A DNA stretch of 64,000 bases from an uncultured delta proteobacterium (GTDB lineage Bacteria > Desulfobacterota > Binatia > UBA9968), in NCBI GenBank assembly GCA_963771465.1, contig CAVYTU010000011.1, positions 160,001 through 224,000 of the forward strand. Direction: 5' to 3'. Positions 30,208 through 40,015 of the stretch are shown here, piece after piece. The notes under the pieces are model-generated. The model made no database searches and was not told the DNA's origin. It saw nothing but the letters and a program-made list of their open reading frames with translations. Every line of letters begins with the position of its first letter. Position 1 is the first letter of the stretch. The translations under genes and the position numbers were made by a program.

Positions 30208-31041
30208 ATGCCGAGCGTGAAGCTGCCGACCGGTGTCGACCTTTATTACGAAACCCACGGCCAAGGCGAACCGCTGATCTTCGTGCCATCGACCGCTTAC
30301 TCCGGCGAGGTGTGGAAGCCGTCGCAGATGCCGCTAGCAAGTTCTTTGAATCTCATCTTTCACGATCCGCGCGGCTGCGGCCGTTCGCTGCCGACTCAGA
30401 GCGTATACACCATTGAGCAGATGGCGCTCGACATCATCGCGTTGATGGATCATTTGCAACTACCGGCGGCGCACTTGATCGGTCACTCCATGGGCGGACG
30501 TATCGCGCTGTCGCTGGCGGAGAATTTTCCGGGGCGCGTCAAAAGTTTGATCATGGCGGCGAGCGGTTCCGGCACGGCGGGCCGGGCCGGTTCGGATTGC
30601 GTCCCCGGTCTGCCGCATCGGCTGGTTCTCGATCTGGTCGAGATGGGGTTTGAGAAATTCATCTACGACGAGATCGTCGTGTCCGACACTTTTTTCACCA
30701 AAGACTTTCGCGCGGCGCATCGCGACCAGGTCGAGGAGTTTTTCAAGATCGCCTGGGCGACCCACGCGAAGCTCGATCCGTTCATTCACCTCTGCATGGC
30801 GCGGCATAATTTCGAAGGCACGCACCGGCTGGGCGATGTCCAAGCGCCGACGTTGGTTCTGATCGGCGAAGCCGACACCGTCGGCAGCAATCATATCGCG
30901 CAGGCAAAAGTTTTACTGGAGCGGATTCCCGGCGCGGAAATGACAGTACTTAAAGGCCAGTCGCACGGTTTTTTCTGGCAAGCGCCGCAGGAAACCAATC
31001 GGGTAATTCTCGATTGGGTGATGCGAAATTCAAAAAACTGA
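30208..31041 (+). CDS. Alpha/beta hydrolase
   Basis: D.RG.GRS, GHSMGG nucleophile elbow, PTLVLIGEAD, SH. Confidence 0.92.
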   Translation: MPSVKLPTGVDLYYETHGQGEPLIFVPSTAYSGEVWKPSQMPLASSLNLIFHDPRGCGRSLPTQSVYTIEQMALDIIALMDHLQLPAAHLIGHSMGGRIALSLAENFPGRVKSLIMAASGSGTAGRAGSDCVPGLPHRLVLDLVEMGFEKFIYDEIVVSDTFFTKDFRAAHRDQVEEFFKIAWATHAKLDPFIHLCMARHNFEGTHRLGDVQAPTLVLIGEADTVGSNHIAQAKVLLERIPGAEMTVLKGQSHGFFWQAPQETNRVILDWVMRNSKN

Positions 31042-31182
31042 GTTGGTTGGATTTGCCCGGATGCCGCACTTGAAATTGATCTAGCGTGTGACCGCGGCCA
31101 TTACTTCAACTGCCAATCCGGGTTTTACTTACGCGCGGAACGCTCCGTCACCTTGCTTCGCGTGGCGAATCACCGGCGCGGA

Positions 31183-32778
31183 TTACGGCAGCACACGGAA
31201 ACAATATCGCGGGAAAACTCCAAAGGCGTGAATCTGCTTTCCCGGATTGCCGCCAACATCGGCCCAAAGATTGGCGCCGATGCCCAAGTAGGAACTACCT
31301 CCGCCACCCGGCCAGCGCACGGAAACTTTCAGGCTACGTGTTCCTCGGCTAATTGAAATTCTTGTTCCGCCGTTGGTTCGATGCGTATCGCCGGTGCAAT
31401 TCCCGCGCGATGCCGGATACTGTTCCAGGTAAATTGCCATGATGGCTCGATCCGAGGACGCTAGGGTGTAGCGCAGTTCTAGGGTGAATGTCGGCGGCGC
31501 GCTCGCGCGCAACGTCGTGGATACCGGCGGCGTAAGAGAAATAATCGATACCGAGTCGCCTGCGGTTGACGAAACGACGCCGTCATTTCCCGGCGAAGCC
31601 GCCAATTCCGCCAGCGCGGATTCCGCGACCTGAGCCATGTCTCGGGTGATTTGGAAATTTTGATCGGCGACGCTGGCCGCAGAAGTAATCTTTTCCGCCG
31701 CGCGAATCGCGCTGTCACTAGCGCGCTCGGCACCGACGTTGTCTGAAGATTGTTCTGCCGCCGTGACAAATTCCCTGACGGTGATCAACTGCTGGTTTGC
31801 GCTTTGTTCGCTGTCTTTTATTTGCCTGAGCGCATTGGACGCTTTGGCTCCGGCGTCGCGCGCCCGCCTGATGATTTCCAAATTCGCTTGGCTCGACGCG
31901 CTGTAACGTCCCGCATTCACCCCTGCAGCCACCGCTCGCTTTGCATAGATATTTCCGTCCTGCACCAACTGCGTAATCCGGGATACGCCTCGCGCGGCCG
32001 CGGCTAGCGCCTTCTGCGCTCGATTGGCCGCATCTCGTTTGGCCGCCGCGAGGTTAATCGCCGCCTTGCGCTGCGCTTCTTCCTGCGCCCGGCGAGCTTT
32101 GCTTTCCGCTTCTTCCTTCTCTGCTTTTTCGCGAATGACTTTCGCTTGCGCGGCCTTTTCCTGCGCGATCCGTGCTTCCTCTGCTTGGCGTTGTCCGTCA
32201 GCTTCCAATCGCAAATTTTCCGCTTGCCTGTCGTACCAATGCCAAACCCCAGCAGCGCCGAGAGCTAGGAACGTCATCAGTAGGCTGACGGCAACTTTCT
32301 TAGTAAACCAGCTTTCCCGTTTGACGATCGGTTTCAACACTGCCGCCAAACGCCGGCAGTCATCAGCCCAGCGGACGTCGCTCAACTCATAGGTTTGACG
32401 ACGGACGAGCGGCTTAATATCCTCCGGCAAGTCGTCGCCGTTCGGCAGCGCGGCGTTGCCCACCAGAGTGGGAATCACGCGAATGTTGCGTTTGAGGGCG
32501 CCGACGATCTCTAGCCTGGTAAAATCCTTGGGGTCGTCCAACCGCCGTTGTCCGTCGCTGTTTGCCGCGGTAAGCCAGTGGGGACCGATGATGGCGATCA
32601 AGACATCGCATGAGCTGACAGCGGTTTCTATGTAAGTATCGAACTCGACTCCCGGCGGAATGTCCTCTATGTCGCGAAAGATATTGACCCGGCCAAGTTC
32701 GGCTTTGAGCGAATCGGATAAACGACCCGCCCAGCCTTCGGAGTCGGAGCGGCGATAGCTGATGAAAATACCGGACAT
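31183..32778 (-). CDS. TIR-domain (TIR_2) protein with TM, Ala-rich coiled coil and C-terminal beta domain
   Basis: IFISYRRSDS, FRD...I.PG.EF, D.LIA.IG..W, RLEI..AL...IRVIP.LV; hydrophobic VAVSLLMTFLALGAAGVW. Confidence 0.85.
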   Translation of the reverse strand: MSGIFISYRRSDSEGWAGRLSDSLKAELGRVNIFRDIEDIPPGVEFDTYIETAVSSCDVLIAIIGPHWLTAANSDGQRRLDDPKDFTRLEIVGALKRNIRVIPTLVGNAALPNGDDLPEDIKPLVRRQTYELSDVRWADDCRRLAAVLKPIVKRESWFTKKVAVSLLMTFLALGAAGVWHWYDRQAENLRLEADGQRQAEEARIAQEKAAQAKVIREKAEKEEAESKARRAQEEAQRKAAINLAAAKRDAANRAQKALAAAARGVSRITQLVQDGNIYAKRAVAAGVNAGRYSASSQANLEIIRRARDAGAKASNALRQIKDSEQSANQQLITVREFVTAAEQSSDNVGAERASDSAIRAAEKITSAASVADQNFQITRDMAQVAESALAELAASPGNDGVVSSTAGDSVSIISLTPPVSTTLRASAPPTFTLELRYTLASSDRAIMAIYLEQYPASRGNCTGDTHRTNGGTRISISRGTRSLKVSVRWPGGGGSSYLGIGANLWADVGGNPGKQIHAFGVFPRYCFRVLP

Positions 32779-33061
32779 GGGACTCAACCAGCAATGCGAA
32801 GTTGCTGGCGAAACTCACGGCAAAAATTTGACTGCGATATTTGCAATTATCGCATACACACGGGCAGCTGAACAGGCAAAAATCATTTACACACGGGATG
32901 GGATCGCGAAAGCTAGCGATGTTCGAACGGTATTCAGCGAACTTGCTTTGCTCCCGGCTGATTGCGCTCCTCGTTTCCATTGGTGTTGCCTTACGCTGCG
33001 CGGTTGACAGCCATTGCAGCGCGGTGATAGCCAAAGTCGTTATCATAGAGGAGAATCCGCC

Positions 33062-33826
33062 ATGGGCTTATTGGACGGCAAAGTGGTGATCGTCACCGGC
33101 GGCGGGCATGGTATCGGCAAAGCCTACTGTTTGGGCATCGCTCGCGAAGGTGGCACCGCAGTCGTCGCCGATATCGACGAGAAAGCGGCGGACGGTGTGG
33201 CGAAGGCGGTCAAAGACAGCGGCGGCAAGGCGCTAGCGACCCAAGTCGACGTGGCGAACTTCGCCAGCTGTCAGGAAATGGCAAAGAAAACGCTCGATGG
33301 TTTCGCCAAAGTCGACGGCTTGATCAACAACGCGGCGATCTTCATGAGCGTGCCGGCGGAAAAGGGCGGTTGGCAGGAGATCAGCGAAGAGGCGTGGGAT
33401 CGCATCATGGCGGTCAACGTCAAGGGACTGTGGCTGTGCAGCAAGGCCGTGGTGCCGGCGATGCAGCAACGCCAGCAGGGCAGCGTCGTCAATATTTCCT
33501 CCAACATGGCGTTCAACGGCGGTTTGACGATGATGCACTACGTGACGTCGAAAGCCGCGGTAGTTGGGTTTAGCCGCGTGCTCGCGCGCGAACTCGGTCC
33601 GGACAATATTCGCGTAAACACACTGGCGCCGGGCGCGACGATGAGCGAGGAAAAGGCGACCGACGATGCGCTCAAGAACTACCAGCGTTCGGCGTCGACG
33701 CGCATTCTCAAACGCATCGAGCAGCCGGAAGATTTAGTCGGCACGGCACTTTATCTGTTGTCGGATTTGAGTACGTTCGTGACCGGGCAAACCATTTTGG
33801 TGAATGGCGGAGCGGTGCTGCATTAG
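33062..33826 (+). CDS. SDR-family oxidoreductase
   Basis: TGGGHGIG, NNA, YVTSK, IRVNTLAPG, GQTILVNGG. Confidence 0.95.
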   Translation: MGLLDGKVVIVTGGGHGIGKAYCLGIAREGGTAVVADIDEKAADGVAKAVKDSGGKALATQVDVANFASCQEMAKKTLDGFAKVDGLINNAAIFMSVPAEKGGWQEISEEAWDRIMAVNVKGLWLCSKAVVPAMQQRQQGSVVNISSNMAFNGGLTMMHYVTSKAAVVGFSRVLARELGPDNIRVNTLAPGATMSEEKATDDALKNYQRSASTRILKRIEQPEDLVGTALYLLSDLSTFVTGQTILVNGGAVLH

Positions 33827-33832
33827 CAATGC

Positions 33833-33892
33833 TTTAGAGTCGAGCGTCTCGGGTTTGGGGTTAACTTTAAACCCAAGACTCCAAACGCCAGA
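33833..33892. repeat. Degenerate heptamer arrays in inverted orientation
   Basis: TTTAGAG TCGAGCG TCTCGGG TTTGGGG ... CCCAAGA CTCCAAA CGCCAGA. Confidence 0.5.
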
Positions 33893-33915
33893 GGGCGAGT
33901 TTTAAGGAGGCAAAG

Positions 33916-34998
33916 ATGGGATGGGTCGACGCTGACGCGCATGTCGTGGAAAGTCCGCTGACCTGGGATTACCTGACGCCGGCGGAAAGAAAATTTCGGC
34001 CGCAGCTTTTCAAACCGGAAGATGACAACCAGAAAGCGCACTGGGTTATCGACGGGAAAATCCGCGGTTTGTTCCGCTTCACCTTCAGCAAGGAAGATCT
34101 CGACAAAAAGTCCGCCGAGATCGGCCGCGACGTGTCGACGACGATGGCGACGCGGGATCTCGCCGACGTGATGGCGCGGATCAAGCATATGGATGAACTG
34201 GGGATCGATATCCAGGTGCTCTATACAAGCATCTTTCTCGATCAGGTCACTGAGCGCGCCGATACGGAAGTGGCGTTGTGCGGCGCCTACAATCGCTGGA
34301 TGGCGCATGTATGGAAAGAAAGTAAAGGGCGGCTGCGCTGGATGACGACTTTGCCGTTGCTCAGTATGCCGGATGCCATCGATCAATTGAAATTTGCCAA
34401 GGAGAACGGCGGTTGCGGTGTGTTCATGCGCCCGCTCGAAGGGGCACGGCAGATCAGCGATCCCTACTTCTTTCCAATATACGAGGAAGCCGAGAAGCTA
34501 AATTTCTGCATCGGCTTGCACCAAGCCAACGGTAGCGCCGCGGCGGTGGATATGATGGTCAACCCCGACGGTAGTCGAGATTTTTTCAATCAATACCGGA
34601 TTTTCAATGTCGGTGCGATGTTCCGAATTTTGAATTGTGGCATTCCTAAAAGGTTCCCCAAGCTGCGCTTCGGCTTCATCGAGACTGCGGCATCGTGGGT
34701 GCCGTGGGTGATCTACGAGCTGCGCCGTCGCCTAGACACGGTCAACAGCAAGTTGCCGAACGATTTGCTCGAACGTAGCGGCATCTTCGTCACCTGCCAG
34801 ATCGGCGACGACGTCCCGTACCTGATCAAAAACTGCATGGGGGAAAATACCTTGATGATCGGCACCGACTACGGCCATGCCGACTCTTCGACGGAGCTGG
34901 ACGCGCTTACGACGCTGAAGGACGACGGCGGCATCTCGGCTGGACAGCATAGGAAAATCGTCGAGGACAACCCGCGGGTGTTTTACGGCTTAAATTAA
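33916..34998 (+). CDS. Amidohydrolase_2-family protein
   Basis: DADAHVVE, MDELGID.QVLY, YNRW, FPKLRFGFIE, GTDYGH.D. Confidence 0.92.
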   Translation: MGWVDADAHVVESPLTWDYLTPAERKFRPQLFKPEDDNQKAHWVIDGKIRGLFRFTFSKEDLDKKSAEIGRDVSTTMATRDLADVMARIKHMDELGIDIQVLYTSIFLDQVTERADTEVALCGAYNRWMAHVWKESKGRLRWMTTLPLLSMPDAIDQLKFAKENGGCGVFMRPLEGARQISDPYFFPIYEEAEKLNFCIGLHQANGSAAAVDMMVNPDGSRDFFNQYRIFNVGAMFRILNCGIPKRFPKLRFGFIETAASWVPWVIYELRRRLDTVNSKLPNDLLERSGIFVTCQIGDDVPYLIKNCMGENTLMIGTDYGHADSSTELDALTTLKDDGGISAGQHRKIVEDNPRVFYGLN

Positions 34999-35054
34999 GA
35001 GTCGGATTCGGAGGGCGCAACTACAGAAGGTACAAAGATCACTGAGAAAGAGGG

Positions 35055-35090
35055 TTCGGATTCGGAGAATTAGCCGCAAAGAGCGCAAAA
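35055..35090. repeat. Dispersed repeat, copy 2
   Basis: TTCGGATTCGGAGAATTAGCCGCAAAGAGCGCAAAA, matches 13519-13552. Confidence 0.6.
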
Positions 35091-35123
35091 AAATTGAATT
35101 AGTAGCTGCGACCACCTGTCGTC

Positions 35124-36110
35124 TTATTTTTTGTAGAGCTGCTTGATGAACCCCGACGCTTCGAGTTCCTGCACTAGACTCATGTCGACAAAACTTTTCG
35201 CGTCGGCAGCCGCGGCTTTCTTGTCGCGCGGCGCCATGTCGTCGAGCAATGTTTTCACACCTTCGGTGTTCGGATAGGGCACTTCGGGAAACGCGCTGTT
35301 GTAGGCGCGGTAGGCGCGTTCCAGTCCTTCGGGATCTTTGGTTTTTAGATTTTTGCCGATGAGCGATTTGGTGTCTTCCTTGTTGGTCTTGATATAGTGC
35401 AGCGCTTCGGTGAAAGCGCGCACGACTTTCTGCACTAGCGGCCGGCGTTCCTTGACGGTCTTCTCGCGCGTGACCACGGCATTGACATGATACTGGATTT
35501 TCAACGTGCCGATATCGAAGAGGTCGCGAAAGCCAAGCTTCTCGGCTTCTCTGACGAGCGGTTCACCGAGTAACGTAAACTGCGTGATGTTGTTGGCGAG
35601 CGCGGCGAGGCGCTGTGGGTTCTCGCCCGTTGCGATAATCTTTGTTTCTTTTTCTGGATCGACACCGAGACGGCGGAGCGCCAGCCGGAGCGTCATGTCG
35701 GAGGTTGTGCCCAAACGATTGACGCCGCCGATCTTGCCGTTGAGCTGCTCGATGGTCGTAATGTTGCCCAACGACACAATGTGATCGATGAACAGCGGCA
35801 AGTTGGTCGACACCATGACCGTGTCCGCGCCTGCCAGCTTCGAAGTTACCAGCGTGGCCGACGGCGCGATGATGAAATCGACTTCGCCGGTGAGCAGCGC
35901 TTGGATGACGATGGTGCTGGCGCTGATGCTGATGACTTCGGCGTTGAGGCCATTCTTCTTGAAAAATCCTTTTTGGTCGGCGACCCAAATCGGCGTGTTC
36001 GACGGGGTGCTGCCCGCCCAGGCGATGCGCATGCGTTCTTGGGCGCCGAGCGGTTTGACGACCGAGAGCACTAGAACGACGAGAACGATCAGCAAGCTCG
36101 GCTTAGCCAT
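35124..36110 (-). CDS. ABC substrate-binding protein (SsuA/NMT1-like)
   Basis: Signal peptide, WVA..KGFFKKNGL, FVD.S.V.ELE.SGFI..LY; AGGAG RBS. Confidence 0.88.
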   Translation of the reverse strand: MAKPSLLIVLVVLVLSVVKPLGAQERMRIAWAGSTPSNTPIWVADQKGFFKKNGLNAEVISISASTIVIQALLTGEVDFIIAPSATLVTSKLAGADTVMVSTNLPLFIDHIVSLGNITTIEQLNGKIGGVNRLGTTSDMTLRLALRRLGVDPEKETKIIATGENPQRLAALANNITQFTLLGEPLVREAEKLGFRDLFDIGTLKIQYHVNAVVTREKTVKERRPLVQKVVRAFTEALHYIKTNKEDTKSLIGKNLKTKDPEGLERAYRAYNSAFPEVPYPNTEGVKTLLDDMAPRDKKAAAADAKSFVDMSLVQELEASGFIKQLYKK

Positions 36111-36348
36111 TGTTTCTCCTAAGGCATAATAAGGGTTGCGCGGAATATATCGCCGGGTCGATTTTACTGTCAATCCGATTCGTGATTACAGTAAAATAGT
36201 TGCCATCCCGGCGGGATCGAGATTATGATCGGTAGAACATTTTTGAGGAAGCTGTAGTAGGGAACATGTTCACTGCGAAAACGAAAGTTCGTGCTCTTCG
36301 AGTCTTTCGTGATGAGTAATAATCTGCATTTAGTTTGAGAAACTTACG

Positions 36349-37131
36349 ATGATCATCCAAGAAGAAAACGATCTATTAACGCAAACCAGCGCAGGCACTC
36401 CGTGTGGTGAATTGATGCGGCGCTATTGGCAGCCGGCAGCTTTGTCGGAGGAATTGACGGCCGATAAGCCGCTGGCGGTACAATTATTCGGCGAGGAGTT
36501 GATTTTGTTCCGCGACGGCGCGGGCAAGCCGGCTTTGATCGGACGCTATTGCGCGCATCAGGGTGTCGATATGATATACGGCCGGGTCGAGGAGGACGGG
36601 CTGCGCTGCATGTATCACGGCTGGCTTTTTGACAACTGCGGTAAAGTTGTGTTGCGCGGCGACTGGCTGCCGGAAAAAGAGCGGCGCTGGAACGTCGGGC
36701 AAGCGGCGTATCCATGCGTCGAAAACGGCGGCGTCATTTTTACCTACATGGCGCCCGGCGATCCACCGCCGCTGGCGTCATACGAAGTCTTTTCGCTGCC
36801 GGCGGAAATTCGCGCGGTCACGAAAGTGTTCCATAACAATAACTATTGGCAGGCGATCGGATTGGCCGCCGATCCGACGGCACGGCTTAGTTATTTTATC
36901 CTGCCCAATCTCATCCTGTCCCAAGCGGTGTCACCGGGCGCAGAAACCGTCGTGCGCTGGTGTGTGCCCGTCGACGATCAGTCGTATCTTGAGTATACGT
37001 ATCGATTCGTCGGGAAGTTTCCATCCGCAAGTAAGTCGCCCACTGTGGCGCATGAGGTGCTGCTCAGAGCGATGCAAGAAATGCGCGCGGAACGTCAACC
37101 CCAAGCTGAATCAACCGAGAAGACTCCCTAA
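36349..37131 (+). CDS. Short Rieske [2Fe-2S] protein related to phthalate 4,5-dioxygenase alpha subunits
   Basis: EEN.LLT....GTP.GELMRRYWQP, CAH and CMYHGW cluster ligands; catalytic domain much shortened. Confidence 0.8.
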   Translation: MIIQEENDLLTQTSAGTPCGELMRRYWQPAALSEELTADKPLAVQLFGEELILFRDGAGKPALIGRYCAHQGVDMIYGRVEEDGLRCMYHGWLFDNCGKVVLRGDWLPEKERRWNVGQAAYPCVENGGVIFTYMAPGDPPPLASYEVFSLPAEIRAVTKVFHNNNYWQAIGLAADPTARLSYFILPNLILSQAVSPGAETVVRWCVPVDDQSYLEYTYRFVGKFPSASKSPTVAHEVLLRAMQEMRAERQPQAESTEKTP

Positions 37132-37246
37132 CGTTGGCCAGCAGCCGAGGTTGACGATCGCTACCTGTACATCGAGACCCAAAGTTGAGCCTGCTAACCC
37201 TCGCGGAATGAGTTGACGCTGGAAGAATTCCGGCGCTTTCAGAATT

Positions 37247-37999
37247 TTACCGGTTCGCGATCGGACGGTCTTGTTCCTTGCGCACGAAAATACTCGATAA
37301 TCGTAGGCGCCAAACCAGAAAGATAGCCTCGAAGATCATTCCTTTGGAAATCTTCGATTTTCCTTGCTGGCGGCCGTAGAATATTATCGGGACTTCCGAG
37401 AGCCGTCCGCCGATTTTCCACAGCCTGTAAGCCATTTCGATTAGGAATCCATAACCGTTCGTTTTCACTTGAGTGAAGTCAAAGGAGCGCAAAACGCTCG
37501 CCCGATAGCAACGAAAGCCCGTGGTCACGTCGTGCAGTGGTAAACCGGTAATCGTTTGAGCGTAGCGGTTGGCAAAACAGCTTAAAAGAACGCGCAGAAC
37601 CTCCCAATCGATAACCCTCACTCCACCGATATAGCGTGATCCGAGAACCAAATCACTGTCTGCGGCCGCCTTGAGCATGTCAGGGATTGACGCAGGATCA
37701 TGAGAGAGGTCCGCATCCATTTGCAGAATCCAGGCATAGTCTTTCTTAATGGCACTACGAAAACCCTCGATCACGGCGCTGCCGTAGCCGAGCTTTCCGG
37801 CGCGATGTATCACTGAGACATGGGTGAATTGTGTCGCCAAATCATCGGCGAGCTCTCCCGTGCCGTCAGGTGAACCATCGTCGACAAACAATATGTCTAG
37901 ATCGAGCCCGAGGTTCAAAAGCCGCCGGGTCAATTCGGAAAGATTATCCCGTTCGTTGTACGTAGGAATAATCACAACCGCGGACTCGCTGCCATTCAT
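37247..37999 (-). CDS. GT2 polyprenol-phosphate mannose synthase-like glycosyltransferase
   Basis: IIPTYNE, VDDGSPDGT, QMDADLSH, GSRY, D.T.GFR. Confidence 0.92.
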   Translation of the reverse strand: MNGSESAVVIIPTYNERDNLSELTRRLLNLGLDLDILFVDDGSPDGTGELADDLATQFTHVSVIHRAGKLGYGSAVIEGFRSAIKKDYAWILQMDADLSHDPASIPDMLKAAADSDLVLGSRYIGGVRVIDWEVLRVLLSCFANRYAQTITGLPLHDVTTGFRCYRASVLRSFDFTQVKTNGYGFLIEMAYRLWKIGGRLSEVPIIFYGRQQGKSKISKGMIFEAIFLVWRLRLSSIFVRKEQDRPIANR

Positions 38000-38152
38000 C
38001 TTATGCCACCGGGAGTTATTATAAATGCCTTTGCTCATCGGCACTAGCGTTAAAACGGTGGAGCGGGCTCATTCGAATGCTCTGGGGCCCCGCCTCAACA
38101 GTCGCGGTGGCGAGTGGGCGAGCGCGGCGTGTAGATTCGCAGTGCAAGATTT

Positions 38153-39247
38153 TCAGGACACCAACTTCTTCCCGAGATTAACAAGAACTTCTTCGATGTC
38201 GTCCAGCGAGTTCCAGCGCGGTGAGCCACCCAGGTGCGGCGTGACGATAACGTTGGGAAATTCGATCAACGGATCATCGGCGTTACCGGGCTCTTCATAA
38301 AAAGTATCCAAGCCGTAACCGCCAAGGCGGCCGGACTCCAGCGCGCGACGCAAAGCGTTGCGCTCGACCAGATTGGGTTGCGAGACGTTGATAAAAAATG
38401 CTCCCGGTTTGATAGCCGAGAGTTCACGTTCACGGATGAAGTTAACCGTTGCCGAATTGCGCGGCAGATGCAGGCTGATAAAGTCCGAGCTTCCGAGCAA
38501 TTCATCCAGTTTCACATAAGTTGCCTGATACTGCCGTTCAACTTCAGCCGGCAAGCGCGTGCGCTGCGTATAAACGATAGGCATATCCAGCGCGACTGCA
38601 CGCTGCGCCAACTCTCTGCCGATCTCACCCAAGCCGACAATTCCTAATTGTCTCTGATAAAGCGTGACCATGTTGGGGATCCGTGCCCAGTTGCCATTGG
38701 GCGTGTGCGCGCGGTTATAAGTTGTCGGCTTGTAACCTGCGGCTTTGAGCTGATCGAGGCTGATGAGATTGGCGTTTTGCGTCACTTGGCGAGCCAGCGC
38801 GAGCATGAGCATGAGGCCTTGTTCCGCCGTAGAGATATTCGCCCTGCGTCGAATGGTGAGAAGTTTTGCGCCAGCGCGTTCGCATGCATCGTGATCGATG
38901 TTGCGCGTGGTGAAACCATATTTCTGCACGAATTTCAGCGGGTTTCCCGCGGCGGCGATTTCTTTGGCGCCCAAGGTTAGTTCTTCAACCACGGCGACAG
39001 TTGCGCCGGGAAGGTCCGCCAGCAATTCAGCTTGATTGTCGACCAGGCGGACGTCGGCTGGAAACAGATTTTGCGCTTGGTTGCGCAGGCGTTCACACCA
39101 TCCGCGGAAGTCCGGCAGATCGTGCAGGCAAAAATGAGCAAAGGCTTCGATGCGCTCGTCCGGCGCCGACGGGTCGAGCACCACTTGGATCAAACGCAGA
39201 AAGGTGTCGTTTTCAACGACGAATTTACGCTTAGGTGTGGATGTCAT
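38153..39247 (-). CDS. D-isomer-specific 2-hydroxyacid dehydrogenase-family protein
   Basis: GIVGLGEIG, SLHLP, KPGAFFIN, GLD.FYEEP, TPHLGG. Confidence 0.85.
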   Translation of the reverse strand: MTSTPKRKFVVENDTFLRLIQVVLDPSAPDERIEAFAHFCLHDLPDFRGWCERLRNQAQNLFPADVRLVDNQAELLADLPGATVAVVEELTLGAKEIAAAGNPLKFVQKYGFTTRNIDHDACERAGAKLLTIRRRANISTAEQGLMLMLALARQVTQNANLISLDQLKAAGYKPTTYNRAHTPNGNWARIPNMVTLYQRQLGIVGLGEIGRELAQRAVALDMPIVYTQRTRLPAEVERQYQATYVKLDELLGSSDFISLHLPRNSATVNFIRERELSAIKPGAFFINVSQPNLVERNALRRALESGRLGGYGLDTFYEEPGNADDPLIEFPNVIVTPHLGGSPRWNSLDDIEEVLVNLGKKLVS

Positions 39248-39347
39248 GATCGGGACGGACGCACCCTCGCCTTCTCCCGCAAATGGAACCGGGGATTGAT
39301 GGGGAGTAAGAGCTAGTGGGGGATTCATAAGGGTGGGCCGAAGAGAT

Positions 39348-39881
39348 CTAACCTGCCGCTGGTTCGGGGTCGACTTTCAACGCTTTCAAAAATCTCGTCA
39401 GCATATTGTAGGCTCCGACGAGCATGGATAGCTCGACGGTTTGGCGTTGGCTGAAATGTTTTCTTACTTCGTCAAAAACGGCGTCTGAGACGTCGATCTC
39501 GCGCGTCATGGCATCCGTGTAGGCAAGCAGAGCGCGCTGCGGCGCACTAAATAATTTCGCGGCTGCCAATCGCGATCGCTGAGACTTGTTCCGGTGTGAG
39601 CCCTTCCTTCAACGCATACGCTGGTCCGTGCGCTTGCTGGACATACTCCACGTTGTTAAGAATCGCTACACGGATAACCGCGATCTCGCGACTTTGGCCG
39701 TCGATCTCAGTGCCGTAGCGCACGGCTTGATTCAGATCGAACCAAGCATGGCCAGCGCCGGGCTGTGCAACATCAGCCGATAGATGTTAATCAGCCGACC
39801 GCCGCGCGCGCCTTTGATCTTGGCGATGGAGTCGGCGAGTTCGGGATGTTCGGTTTCCTCTAATAGCGGTACACGTGCCAT
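39348..39881 (-). CDS. Carboxymuconolactone decarboxylase/AhpD-like protein, frameshifted
   Basis: Manual translation MARVPLLE...RGGRLINIYRLMLHSP.LA; C-terminus RALLAYTDAMT...ELSMLVGAYNM.TRFL.AL. Confidence 0.8.
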
Positions 39882-40015
39882 AAGATGGCCTTCGGAAATT
39901 TGCCGCTTATTCTTAGCTCAATGGCGGGAAATATCTATTCGCTAACAAGATTGCTCTTTCCCCGCGACGCAGTGAACGGATTCGGATATACTACGCCCAA
40001 GACGAGCGATGAGCT

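Noticed and set aside
39248-39328. N-terminal extension of the 2-hydroxyacid dehydrogenase
   Set aside because: Translates a low-complexity CCCTC/GGGGA-rich intergenic stretch; ATG at 39247 is more plausible
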